From the IMG/VR virus record IMGVR_UViG_3300043540_000465: 64,000 nucleotides of DNA, one strand, 5' to 3'. The notes under the pieces are model-generated. The model had not been told where the DNA came from, did not search any database, and saw only the letters and a program-made list of their open reading frames with translations. The stretch's first letter is position 1. Each line of letters starts with the position of its first letter. This document shows, piece after piece, positions 1 through 9,402 of the stretch. This DNA is from an uncultured virus (IMG/VR IMGVR_UViG_3300043540_000465). Taxonomy: Duplodnaviria > Heunggongvirae > Uroviricota > Caudoviricetes. The position numbers and the translations under genes were made by a program.

Positions 1-98
1 AGCCGAAGGCCGAGGAGCCGAAGGCCGAGGAGCCGAAGGCCGAGGAGCCGAAGGCCGAGGAGCCGAAGGCCGAGGAGCCGAAGGCCGAGGAGCCGAAG
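1..98 (+). repeat. 15-bp tandem repeat (gccgaggagccgaag) encoding (AEEPK)n
   Basis: About six consecutive copies at the window start, in frame with the FtsK-domain ORF. Confidence 0.95.
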
Positions 99-2762
99 GA
101 AGAAGCAGCCCCGCTGGAGACGCGGCACAAGCCCGTGTCCACGAGGGCTCCAGCAGGCGAGGATAAGAACGAGGACATTCCCGAGGTAGCTCCCGAAGAT
201 GTGGAGGAGCTGCCCGACGAAGAAGAGCCGGAGGCCAAGCCCGACGAGGCCAAGAAAGATGAAGCCAAGCCCGAGGAGGCCAAGCCAGAAGCGGCTAAGG
301 GACCGGACAAGGAGTTGACGGCGTTGTTGAAGCCGCCACAGTCCGTTAGTAAGGACGACAAGGAAGTCGCTGAGAAACGCAGCACATTGGAGGGCCTGAT
401 TCAGAGGCTGGGACTGGCAGGCAAGCTGAGCGACAAGGTATCGGTTGGCCCCACCGTCACATCGTTCACGGTCGAAGTGCCCAAGGGTCGGGACTTCAAC
501 GGCGAGAAGCTAGCCGACCGCTTGGAGAAAGACGAGGATATCAAGGTCATCGTCGGCAAGCAGCACGGCGGCAAAGTCGAAGTGCAGGTGCCTAACGCGA
601 AGCGGTCGACAGTAGTGCTACGCCAAGTAACGGACTCGCCGGAGTTCAAGGCTGCGCCGCCATCCGCCATCGCGCTGGGCGTCGATCCAGTCGGCAAGCC
701 ATTGCTGCTGGATCTTGCCAAGGCGGAGAGCCCGCACATGCTGGTGACCGGTACCACCGGTTCGGGGAAGTCAGTGGCGATTCAGAGCATGCTAGCATCG
801 GTGATGCTACGTAGCCCGAAGGACACCAAGCTGGTGGTCATCGACCCGAAGAACGAGTTTCAGAGCCTCGATGGCGTACCGCACTTGGCAATGCCGCGCA
901 TCTCTGACGACAAGGGGACGATTGCGCAGGACGCCACCGCGGCGTTGCGCAAGCTGACCCAGGAGATGGACGAGCGCGTGCGGCGTATCGGCGCACACAA
1001 GGATCTTAAAACCTACAACGAGGCCAACCCCGACAAGAAGATGCCACGGATCGTGGTGGTCGTCGACGAATTCAAGGATCTGATGGGCGAGTCGGGCGGC
1101 GACTTCCAGAAGTATGTGGGGCGGCTGTTGCAGAAGGCCCGCTCGACCGGGATTCACCTGATCATGGGCACGCAAGAGCTGACGAGTGGCATGCTCAAGG
1201 AGAAGACCATCAGCAGCAACTTGCCGGTGCGCATCGCGTTCCGCGCCGCCAAGAAGCAGAACAGTCTCAACACATTGGGTGAGGGTGGCGCGGAGCAGCT
1301 CATGGGTGGCGGCGATGGGTTGGTGAAGATCGGTGGTGGCGAGATGCAGCGCTTTCAGGCGCCCTACATCACTGACAAGGGGAAGGACAACGAGTGGAGC
1401 AAGCTCACCGACGCGTTGCGCCAGCGGGGTACAGACTACGACCCCGCACTATACACCGAGGCTAAGCCGGAAGAAACTGCGAAGCCTGAGACCAAGCCCG
1501 AAGCTGCTAAGCCTGAGACCAAGCCCGAAGCCAAGCCCAAGGCCAAAGAGGACGAAGAGCAAGACTTCACCAAGCACTCGGATACTGAGCTAGAAGACGT
1601 CATCAAGGATCGTACCAAGAAGATCAAAGCGCTAGAGAAAGAGCGCAAGTCGTTGCAGAAGCCGCCGGACTGGCAGAGCGACGTCATCAAGAACCTGCAG
1701 AGCTGTGCCAGCGATCCCAAGTCGCCGATGTGTCAGTCCGCCAAGGAAGGGCTAGACAAGCTCAATAAGGCCAAAGAAGAGGGCCTCAGGCGGGTCGATA
1801 ATGAGCTGGCTAAGCACCGCGGCGTGCTACAACGGGTGGAAACCGAGCAGAAGCGGCGCGAGAAGCTCACGCAGCAGTTCGAGAAGCCCGAGGAGAAGCC
1901 GAAAAAACATGAACCGAAGAAGCCGGAAGCTGGTGAGGATGTCTTTCCCGTCGACGAGGGTGCCGACGAAGACGAGAGTGCCGCCTGGCCACGACCGCGC
2001 TACGATGAGGACGAAGCGCGGACGGCCCCGGCGGTACCGGTAATAATCACCCGCAAGGAAATGCGACAGGAACGCAAGGACCGTAAGCAGCGGGAGAAGG
2101 ACGAGCGACGCAAGGCCAAGGACGAGCAGCGCAAAGCCAAGGAGCCGCCCAAGTCGATTACCTCGCCGGCTACGCCTACGCCCGCCGATCGGGCTGATGG
2201 GCCGCTGCCATCACCGTCGGCCCCCGCCCCGGATGCGCAAGCTACCAACGAGCACCTGCGCGATCAGGGCGTTAGCGACGCGGTAGCCAAGCACGTGTCC
2301 GAGATGCTGAGTGAGGAGCACGACCCACAGAAAATGCACCAGGCCATGTCCAAGGCGATCGACAAGGCGGTGGGGTCACTTACCGATCCCAATGCGCGAG
2401 CGGATGTGCTCGCCACCAAGGGTAGCGTTGCGCACGTGCTGGCGAAGAAGTTTGGCGCGGGCACCAAGCGAACTAGTGAAGTACTACGCAGCCTGCGCAA
2501 GTCGGCCGGAGGCCTGTGGGGCAAGATCTGGGGTGGCCTCAAGAAGCTGTTTGGCGCCATCGGCAAGGGCATCAAGTGGTTGTTCAGCCGTATCGGCAAG
2601 GCCGCGCGTCGCTTCGGCAGAACCATCACAGGGATTGAGGCGCGTCACCAGGCCCGCCTGAATCAAGCTGCTCGGCACCTGTATCTGCGGGTGCCGCCGC
2701 ACACTACACCAGTAGCCGCCGCGGTATATTACCACGGCGTGCCGTACTTACCACAAGCGTGA
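3..2762 (+). CDS. 5'-truncated large low-complexity protein with an FtsK/SpoIIIE ATPase domain
   Basis: Frame is open from position 3. Motifs HMLVTGTTGSGKS (Walker A), IDPK, IVVVVDEFKDL (Walker B), ARSTGIHLIMGTQ, NLPVRIAF, GAEQLMGGGDGL; flanked by K/E/P-rich tracts. Confidence 0.9.
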   Translation, partial: PKAEEPKAEEPKAEEPKAEEPKAEEPKAEEPKEEAAPLETRHKPVSTRAPAGEDKNEDIPEVAPEDVEELPDEEEPEAKPDEAKKDEAKPEEAKPEAAKGPDKELTALLKPPQSVSKDDKEVAEKRSTLEGLIQRLGLAGKLSDKVSVGPTVTSFTVEVPKGRDFNGEKLADRLEKDEDIKVIVGKQHGGKVEVQVPNAKRSTVVLRQVTDSPEFKAAPPSAIALGVDPVGKPLLLDLAKAESPHMLVTGTTGSGKSVAIQSMLASVMLRSPKDTKLVVIDPKNEFQSLDGVPHLAMPRISDDKGTIAQDATAALRKLTQEMDERVRRIGAHKDLKTYNEANPDKKMPRIVVVVDEFKDLMGESGGDFQKYVGRLLQKARSTGIHLIMGTQELTSGMLKEKTISSNLPVRIAFRAAKKQNSLNTLGEGGAEQLMGGGDGLVKIGGGEMQRFQAPYITDKGKDNEWSKLTDALRQRGTDYDPALYTEAKPEETAKPETKPEAAKPETKPEAKPKAKEDEEQDFTKHSDTELEDVIKDRTKKIKALEKERKSLQKPPDWQSDVIKNLQSCASDPKSPMCQSAKEGLDKLNKAKEEGLRRVDNELAKHRGVLQRVETEQKRREKLTQQFEKPEEKPKKHEPKKPEAGEDVFPVDEGADEDESAAWPRPRYDEDEARTAPAVPVIITRKEMRQERKDRKQREKDERRKAKDEQRKAKEPPKSITSPATPTPADRADGPLPSPSAPAPDAQATNEHLRDQGVSDAVAKHVSEMLSEEHDPQKMHQAMSKAIDKAVGSLTDPNARADVLATKGSVAHVLAKKFGAGTKRTSEVLRSLRKSAGGLWGKIWGGLKKLFGAIGKGIKWLFSRIGKAARRFGRTITGIEARHQARLNQAARHLYLRVPPHTTPVAAAVYYHGVPYLPQA

Positions 2763-2784
2763 TGTCTGTTATCGGAGGTTTACC

Positions 2785-3333
2785 ATGGACCTACTGAATC
2801 AGTTGGAGCAGGAGTTCGGCGTCGTCACCACAGCCACAGAAGCAATCACGCTGTTCGGTCACAAGTGGACGCTGCGCAAGCTGGACTACAGCGACATCGA
2901 CAAGGCCAACCAGTTCACTTTCAAGTCGCAGGACGACAGCGCCGGTGGCATCGACGGCATCGAGCCGCTGGTGCTGGGGTTCCGTTCGTCGCTGGGGTTC
3001 GTGGCCGTGTCGCTGGCGGCGATTGACGACCAGCCGGTGTGGCAGGTATTCAAGACCGCCAAGGCTGAGGAGGTCGTGCCGTTCGACCCTATGTTCCCAC
3101 CCGCCAAGATTCGTCACCGCACTGCGGATCGCGTGCTGGCGTTCATGCTGTCGATGAAGAGCAATATGGATCTGGTCATGCAGCTGTACGACCTATACAC
3201 GTCGAAGCTGGATGATCGTCGCCGCGAACCGGAGGAGACCGCCGAGGCCAAGGCTGCTTCGGGTGCCGCGGAGGGCGCCGCGACCAACCCTTTGACCGAG
3301 TCTGGCAGCGCTCCGCCCGCCTCCGCCGGCTAG
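2785..3333 (+). CDS. Tail assembly chaperone (gpG-like)
   Basis: GGAGG RBS; lies just before tape-measure-like genes; ends just after a slippery heptamer. Confidence 0.7.
   Translation: MDLLNQLEQEFGVVTTATEAITLFGHKWTLRKLDYSDIDKANQFTFKSQDDSAGGIDGIEPLVLGFRSSLGFVAVSLAAIDDQPVWQVFKTAKAEEVVPFDPMFPPAKIRHRTADRVLAFMLSMKSNMDLVMQLYDLYTSKLDDRRREPEETAEAKAASGAAEGAATNPLTESGSAPPASAG
3288..3294 (+). promoter_or_regulatory. -1 programmed ribosomal frameshift site C CCT TTG
   Basis: X_XXY_YYZ heptamer in the correct phase of ORF 2785; the -1 frame is open from here to 3920. Confidence 0.8.
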
Positions 3334-3920
3334 TCTACCTCTGTTGGACGACAGGTCGGCTGCCCACCGAAGCGTGTGTGCAGCAGTTGTCGGAAGGCCA
3401 GCTACTGTTCCTAGAGTATGGCTTCCAACGACTGGAGCAGGAGCAGTGGCGCCGGCTAGAACGGACCCTGGGAACGTTGTGGGAGTGGACCGACGTCTAC
3501 AACTCCGTGACCGGACGACCACTGGAAGACGACGAGGCGCCGGCCGCCAGCATGGAGGAGATGGCGGCCGAGGATCGTACTGAGCTACGGATGCCGCTGG
3601 CATCCATCCTCAAGCCGGAACTGTTGCAGTTGATTCGCAAGCAGCTCCGTCCGCCCGCGAAGCTGCGGCGTGATGGAGCGCACATCGAGGGCGAAGACCT
3701 GTCGAAGGAGGAGTTCCTCAATCTGTTCGGCCAAGCCATCCGCTCTGTACCGGCGGCGGCCTCGGCCATCCAGGACAGCATGCGACCCTTCTTCTCGCAG
3801 CAACCCGCGCCCAAGCGCAGTCCCCACGTGGACCGGCCGACGGCGCCACCTCGTAAGCCTACACCCGCAGCTATCATAGTTCCTACGCCGGCTCCAGCCC
3901 CACCCCGCAAACCGAGGTAA
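3288..3920 (+). CDS. Frameshifted tail chaperone extension (gpT-like)
   Basis: -1 frame reads PFDRVWQRSARLRRLVYLCWTTGRLPTEACVQQLSEGQLLFLEY..., continuing into listed ORF 3378..3920. Confidence 0.7.
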   Translation, partial: PFDRVWQRSARLRRLVYLCWTTGRLPTEACVQQLSEGQLLFLEYGFQRLEQEQWRRLERTLGTLWEWTDVYNSVTGRPLEDDEAPAASMEEMAAEDRTELRMPLASILKPELLQLIRKQLRPPAKLRRDGAHIEGEDLSKEEFLNLFGQAIRSVPAAASAIQDSMRPFFSQQPAPKRSPHVDRPTAPPRKPTPAAIIVPTPAPAPPRKPR

Positions 3921-3926
3921 AGTACC

Positions 3927-6785
3927 GTGCCAGATCCTACCCAGAGGGACAAGGGCTTCATCGGCAGCATGGTGCAGAAGCACGCGCGGCAGATGGTGGT
4001 CAGAGACGCGCAGAAGCAGCTGGACGCCCTCAACATCAGTGTCTACACCTTCAAGGAAGAACTGGAGAAGATCGAGAAGGTCAACGTTCGTGCGGCCGAT
4101 AAGCTGAAGCGTCAAGCCAAAGCGCTGGGCTGGGTCGATGACGAGCTGAACTTCATCCGCAAGTCCTACAATCAGGACATCAAGGCGATCCGTGTTGCCG
4201 AGCAGCGGCTGGCCATATGGCAGAAGCGGTTTGCTGGCGTCAAGACCATCATCCAGCACCACGCGGCCGAGATCACGGCCGCCGCGGGCGTGGGAGTAGC
4301 GCTCAAGAACCTAATGGAACAGTACACCACGGCGACCACGCAGTTGGTGCAGACTACGGGCCAGCTGGGCGACAACGCCATGGACGCGGCCAAGCGCGCG
4401 GACGACTTGGCCGATGCTTACCGCAAGGCTGTGGCCACGGCGGGCTCCTTCGGGCACTCGGCCGAGGAGGCGAAGAAGGTCGCCGACGATCTGGTGAAGC
4501 TGTTTGGTGGCGACGTCGTCGGTCAAGCCTCGTATACCGAAGCCATCAGCGTCATCGGCTCTATGGCCAGCGTCACTGGGCAGCGCATGGAGGAGTTTTC
4601 CGCGCTGTACAAGAAGCGGTTTATGGAGCAGGGTAAGACGATGGAGGAGACCAACATCGAGTTCGGTCACGTCATCGTCGGCTACGAGAAGCTACGGATG
4701 GCATCGGAGCTGCAGCAGAAGTACGGGTCCAATATCGCCACCCAGTTCCGCGAGGACTTCGTCAAGAGCACCGTGATGGCGGCGGAAGAGATCAGTTCCA
4801 CGGTCGCGGACTTGGACAAAGTAAATAAGATCACCGGCGCCGTGGCCGAGCGCGCCATGCAGCTGGGACTCAAGCTGGGGGACATCAACAGGATCACTGC
4901 TAACATTGGCAAGCTCTTCAAACTACCCGAAGTGATGCAGTTCGAAGTAGGTCGGGAAGTCATCCGCGACGTGCTCGCGGAGCGAGCCAAGCGCACTGGC
5001 CCGGAGTTTGACGCGTTCCTAGCCGAGAACTTCAAGGGGCAGGAGGAAATCGTCAAGCTGGCGCTGGAAAAGTTCGAAACCAAGAAGCTGCCGGAATGGG
5101 ACACGGCCATGCTGCTCATGAGCGCCGGTGCGGGGAAGGGCTTGGTAATGGCCAAGCAGATGCAACGGCTGAGTAAGATGGCCCAGAATTCCAGCAACTT
5201 CATCAGCATACTGCATGAGCAGATGGGCATAGATCAACAGATGGCCTTCAGGATATGGTCCATCTTCGACCGTGGCGGTACCGTAGAAGAGGTGGTGCGC
5301 GAGATGGAGCGGGACTCCAAGGCTACCGCGGGAAAGGATCGGCAGGCGGATGCTAAGGCGGCAGCTGCTACCAATGCCGCACGGGCCGGAATCAAGAAGC
5401 AGCACGACGCTGCCAAGAACTGGCTCAATGAGTTCAAGTCCTGGCTGCATTCGCAGTTCCAATCACCCATCCGCAGCATGATCATCACCCTGGGCGGGCT
5501 GGGTAGCTGGGCACTGCTCAACGTCGTCGCCAACAGGATCATCGCGGGTCAGGTAGCGGGGGTGCGTCGTTCTGCAGAGGCTGCGGCTCTGGCCGCGGGG
5601 GCGCCGGGCGCCCCCGCGGCAGCCGTGGGCGCCGCGGGTAGCGTGGGCAAGGTGGGAGGCTGGTTCAGCCGTCACAAGGTTGCCGGATCGGTACTCGCGG
5701 TCGGCGCCGCCGTCGGTATCGGTGTGGGCCTGAACCAGTTGTCGCAGTCAGATCCGACGGAGATGCAAGCCGAGTTAGAGAAGCTGGCGGGGCTCAACCC
5801 GGGCGATCTGGGTACCTACAGCCAGCCCGAGAGAGTCAACGCCGCGCTGACGGCCGAGGCTGCGAAGAGAGCTAGAAGCGGCGACGAGGCGACGAAGACA
5901 GCCGAGGCCGCGCGCACCAAGTCCGTCGGCCCAGCAATTACGATAGGAGCGGCAGGCATACCGGAGACCCAGCTCGGACGGGCTGCGGAAGCGCAGAGTC
6001 AGCGCATGGAAGCTGCGGTCATGAAGTCGGCGGAGTTGGAGCGTCCGATCGCCGAGGGCATCACGGGGTTTGGTACGCCAGGCTTGGCTGTGGGCTTGAT
6101 AGGCACCGCTGAGACCTACGCTCGCGAATACCTGTATCGCGGCTACCGCTGGTTAGCGTACAAGACTATGCCGAAGAAGGACGCATACTCTGCGACCGAT
6201 GTGGCTAAGGCCAAGGCCATCGTGTTTCTAGAGATCGCTAAGTTGGCCGCCACCCCGCAGGACATATTGTCGTGGATGCGTCCCGTTGCCGCGCTGGAGC
6301 GATGGCAGGAGATGGACATCACCAACCGCGAGCGGGCACTTCGAGCTTCGCAGGACTTGCTGGAGGACATCAAGAGATCGGGCAACGCGCAGAAGGCACT
6401 TACCTCGCGTGAGGGTAAGCAGCGTCTGGAGGTCATCAAGGCCGCAGCCGGCGCCGCCGAGGCGGAGCGGATTCGCGCCGCTGCGCTAGCGGGCCGGATG
6501 ACCGAGGAAACGCTGCGGCAGCGACAAGAGCTGAGTCTGAAGATTGGCGCAAAGGTTACCATGGCCGCTGGGCTGGAAAAGCAGCAGGTACCTACTGGTC
6601 GCGAAGTGATGATCGGTACTGATGGACGACCGCTGGAGCGGCTGACGGCAGAGGATCTACGCCTCAAGTTCCGCGCCAACATGTTCGATTACGTTTCGGG
6701 CGCGCTGGTGTGTGAGTGGACGAACCCCGAGGTGGTGAGTACGATCTTCCAAGCGGTGAAGCAACAGGCGAAGGGGAAACGCTAG
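3927..6785 (+). CDS. Tape-measure-like protein 1
   Basis: 952 aa, Ala-rich helical with hydrophobic segments, directly after the chaperone pair. Confidence 0.7.
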   Translation: MPDPTQRDKGFIGSMVQKHARQMVVRDAQKQLDALNISVYTFKEELEKIEKVNVRAADKLKRQAKALGWVDDELNFIRKSYNQDIKAIRVAEQRLAIWQKRFAGVKTIIQHHAAEITAAAGVGVALKNLMEQYTTATTQLVQTTGQLGDNAMDAAKRADDLADAYRKAVATAGSFGHSAEEAKKVADDLVKLFGGDVVGQASYTEAISVIGSMASVTGQRMEEFSALYKKRFMEQGKTMEETNIEFGHVIVGYEKLRMASELQQKYGSNIATQFREDFVKSTVMAAEEISSTVADLDKVNKITGAVAERAMQLGLKLGDINRITANIGKLFKLPEVMQFEVGREVIRDVLAERAKRTGPEFDAFLAENFKGQEEIVKLALEKFETKKLPEWDTAMLLMSAGAGKGLVMAKQMQRLSKMAQNSSNFISILHEQMGIDQQMAFRIWSIFDRGGTVEEVVREMERDSKATAGKDRQADAKAAAATNAARAGIKKQHDAAKNWLNEFKSWLHSQFQSPIRSMIITLGGLGSWALLNVVANRIIAGQVAGVRRSAEAAALAAGAPGAPAAAVGAAGSVGKVGGWFSRHKVAGSVLAVGAAVGIGVGLNQLSQSDPTEMQAELEKLAGLNPGDLGTYSQPERVNAALTAEAAKRARSGDEATKTAEAARTKSVGPAITIGAAGIPETQLGRAAEAQSQRMEAAVMKSAELERPIAEGITGFGTPGLAVGLIGTAETYAREYLYRGYRWLAYKTMPKKDAYSATDVAKAKAIVFLEIAKLAATPQDILSWMRPVAALERWQEMDITNRERALRASQDLLEDIKRSGNAQKALTSREGKQRLEVIKAAAGAAEAERIRAAALAGRMTEETLRQRQELSLKIGAKVTMAAGLEKQQVPTGREVMIGTDGRPLERLTAEDLRLKFRANMFDYVSGALVCEWTNPEVVSTIFQAVKQQAKGKR

Positions 6786-6923
6786 TGCCAAAGCGGCGAC
6801 GTAATGCACGGAAACGGGTAGCGTGCTGGCGCCACGGCGTACGCTCGATTAGGATTCTCTACAGGCACGCGAACCCTGAGGTGGTGAGTACGATCTTCCA
6901 AGCGGTGAAGCAACAGGCGAAGG
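6721..6923 (+). repeat. 54-bp direct repeat (6721-6774 and 6870-6923, one mismatch) duplicating the 3' end of tape-measure gene 1
   Basis: cgaaccc(c/t)gaggtggtgagtacgatcttccaagcggtgaagcaacaggcgaagg occurs twice. Confidence 0.95.
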
Positions 6924-6934
6924 ACACGCGGTAA
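6785..6934 (+). pseudogene. C-terminal relic of a PD-(D/E)XK/Vsr-like endonuclease
   Basis: KRRRNARKRVACWRHGVRSIRILY resembles KQRGIRKRIACRRHNVLLIGVPY at 19830-20015. Confidence 0.5.
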
Positions 6935-6937
6935 CCT

Positions 6938-9400
6938 ATGCTGATCGATCGCTCTGCTGAAGGCCAGCTCAGTTTCACCGAGCTGCTACACATCCGCGAC
7001 GTCCACAAGGACCAGCAGATCATTCGCGATCTGCGCACCGCCGGTGTCAGTCTACGAGGTCTGGAGAAGTCGTTTGCCGCGCTAGCGGCTAGCGACCCGA
7101 TGAAGTTCATGCAGCTGCACCATGCGTTGCAGCGGCAGGGCGTCATCATCAAGGGGCGCATCGATCAGCAGCGCGTGCAGCAGCTGGTCAAGTCTGGTAC
7201 CGAGTTCCACACTGCCCACGAACGCTTCACCAACTCCTTCTGGGGGTTGACCGGCAAGGTCGTCGAGCTAGCCAAGCGCTACTCGCCTACCGCCCTGGCG
7301 GTGATGGCGTACAAGCAGATGTTTGGCACGGACAGTCTCTACGCCCGCACGCTGGCTACCAACCTGCAGACCACCGGCGGCCTGGCGGATCAAACCGGGA
7401 TGGCCGTGTTGCAGCAGTCCATGGCCTTTGCCGATATGGAGGCCAGCATCGTTGAGCAGCTGCGGCGCTACGGTCTGATTCTCGACAAGCACGAAGCAAG
7501 CAAGATCACCAAGGAGTATGCCAAGTACTTTGGTACGGGGGCGGCGGGTGCGCGTCAGATTATGTCTCGCTTGGCTGCTACCGCCAAGATGACTGACACC
7601 AATGTCGACGAACTGTTCGACATCTTGATCCAGCAACACAAGACCTACGGCCAGGGGGCGCTGAAGACCGCCGCCGAGTTGCATCTCAACACCCAGATGT
7701 TTCGTCGCACCGCCAACCTACTCACCAGCAACGAGATGTTTCGCAGCTACATGGACGGCAAAGGCATGCAGACGGTGTGGCCCAGTCTCATGCAAGAGAC
7801 GTTCATGCAATGGCAGAAGGGCTTTACTGAGACCGGCGCGAGCGTGCAAGTCATCGGCAAGCTAGTAGCACTCAGCTACGAACATGCGGCCAAGCACGGT
7901 AAGATGCAGAAGCGGGTGCAGCGGGAAGCTGACACGTACGTGCATATGCTCAAGGGTGCCGACTGGATGCGCATAGGCGTCGGCATCAACGTCCTAGAGC
8001 GCTTGGAGCGTAAGGTCAAAGAGGTGCAGATTGCGCGCACCGGGATAACCGAGGCGGAAGCGGTGCACCAAGTACTCATCGCGCGTTACGGAGCTAATCA
8101 GCTAGGTATCGTTGAGCCGATCCTGCGGGCCTTTATGCGGGGAGAGCGCGCCTATACCCCTGAAGCGATTATGCAGGTGGATCAGAGCCTCGACGACACG
8201 CTGCTAGAAACTACTACTGAGATGCAGAAGCTGTGGCAGCAGATGTCCACCCACGGCGTGATGCAGCATGCACTGGCCGCTGGCGCCGACTACATTTCGG
8301 CCTTTGGCACGGCACTCACCGTCGAACAGGGTGGTCTGCTCCGTGTGGAGCAGCAGGCCAAGGATACCCGTTCACAGTCGCAGCGTAACCTGAAACTGCT
8401 GCACGACTCAGCCGACTTCCTGGTGGAATCGGATATCACCGCAACCACCGTCATTCAGCGCGTCATGGCGATGGCCCAGCGCTGGCTAGCCACGCCGCTA
8501 GGCAAGCTCGCAGCGGCGACGGGGATTCTTGGTACTAAGCTGGCGCTCGACGGCTATTACAAAGTCACCATGATTATGGACTGGTTCCGCGCCGCCCTAG
8601 CGTATGCGCGTATGGCCGGGCTGACTACGGCGGCTGGACTGATCGCACACGTCAAACTAGAGCTGCTCAAAGCAGGTCAGGTACTACGCGACATGCGCAG
8701 TATGGCCGGAGCCGCGGGTCGCATCATCATTCCGGCGGCGTTGCTGGGATTAGCTGCTACACGGGCGCCGGATCGCGCGCAGGATAACGTCACCGCATCC
8801 ATGGCTGCCAACCAAGCGATGAAGGTGGTGGGTCAGCGCCGGGTGCCGCAGCTGCCGGGGCTAGCGACCCCCGAGGAGTTGGACCCGGCCAAGATCGCCG
8901 AACGTGCCGAGCGGGATGCCAGTCTGACCGAGATGGCGAAGCGGCAGAACATATCACAACTGGATATCACGCGGCAGCCGGAGGGTGCGCTGGTGCATCC
9001 GGTTTACCAGGACCGTCCGTTCACCATGAACGTGATGCAGCTACCGCCCCAACCGCCTACGCCAGCTGAACGTACCACCGGTGTGCCCAGTACATCCATG
9101 CGACCGATGGCGGAATTACGTACGGTGCAATTCGCACCACGCAGTGAGCTGGAATCGCAGCTTCTGGCGTCCGGCATTCCGTTAACCAGCACTGGAAGGA
9201 TTGCGATCAGCACGCTAGCGCGCATCGAATCATCACGTCGGATGAGTGAGATGCGAGAGCTATGGATCAGTGCCATGGGAGGACGCGTGCACCGCAGCGA
9301 AACGGGGCGGGAGGTGGTACGCGTGCAGTTCGCTGATTTTGCGCGGATGGTGTCGGGTGTATACATCCATCGCGCCTTTACTATCTCGCGTAGGATATAG
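6938..9400 (+). CDS. Tape-measure-like protein 2
   Basis: 820 aa helical protein with blocks collinear to protein 1 (e.g. LATNLQTTGGLAD vs TTQLVQTTGQLGD). Confidence 0.6.
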   Translation: MLIDRSAEGQLSFTELLHIRDVHKDQQIIRDLRTAGVSLRGLEKSFAALAASDPMKFMQLHHALQRQGVIIKGRIDQQRVQQLVKSGTEFHTAHERFTNSFWGLTGKVVELAKRYSPTALAVMAYKQMFGTDSLYARTLATNLQTTGGLADQTGMAVLQQSMAFADMEASIVEQLRRYGLILDKHEASKITKEYAKYFGTGAAGARQIMSRLAATAKMTDTNVDELFDILIQQHKTYGQGALKTAAELHLNTQMFRRTANLLTSNEMFRSYMDGKGMQTVWPSLMQETFMQWQKGFTETGASVQVIGKLVALSYEHAAKHGKMQKRVQREADTYVHMLKGADWMRIGVGINVLERLERKVKEVQIARTGITEAEAVHQVLIARYGANQLGIVEPILRAFMRGERAYTPEAIMQVDQSLDDTLLETTTEMQKLWQQMSTHGVMQHALAAGADYISAFGTALTVEQGGLLRVEQQAKDTRSQSQRNLKLLHDSADFLVESDITATTVIQRVMAMAQRWLATPLGKLAAATGILGTKLALDGYYKVTMIMDWFRAALAYARMAGLTTAAGLIAHVKLELLKAGQVLRDMRSMAGAAGRIIIPAALLGLAATRAPDRAQDNVTASMAANQAMKVVGQRRVPQLPGLATPEELDPAKIAERAERDASLTEMAKRQNISQLDITRQPEGALVHPVYQDRPFTMNVMQLPPQPPTPAERTTGVPSTSMRPMAELRTVQFAPRSELESQLLASGIPLTSTGRIAISTLARIESSRRMSEMRELWISAMGGRVHRSETGREVVRVQFADFARMVSGVYIHRAFTISRRI

Positions 9401-9402
9401 AC

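Noticed and set aside
1..98. Tandem repeats as a CRISPR array (also 33957-34091)
   Set aside because: No spacers; the units are in-frame coding repeats
6721..6923. 54-bp repeat as a DGR pair or prophage att sites
   Set aside because: Only one C/T mismatch, 149 bp apart, and no integrase or RT nearby
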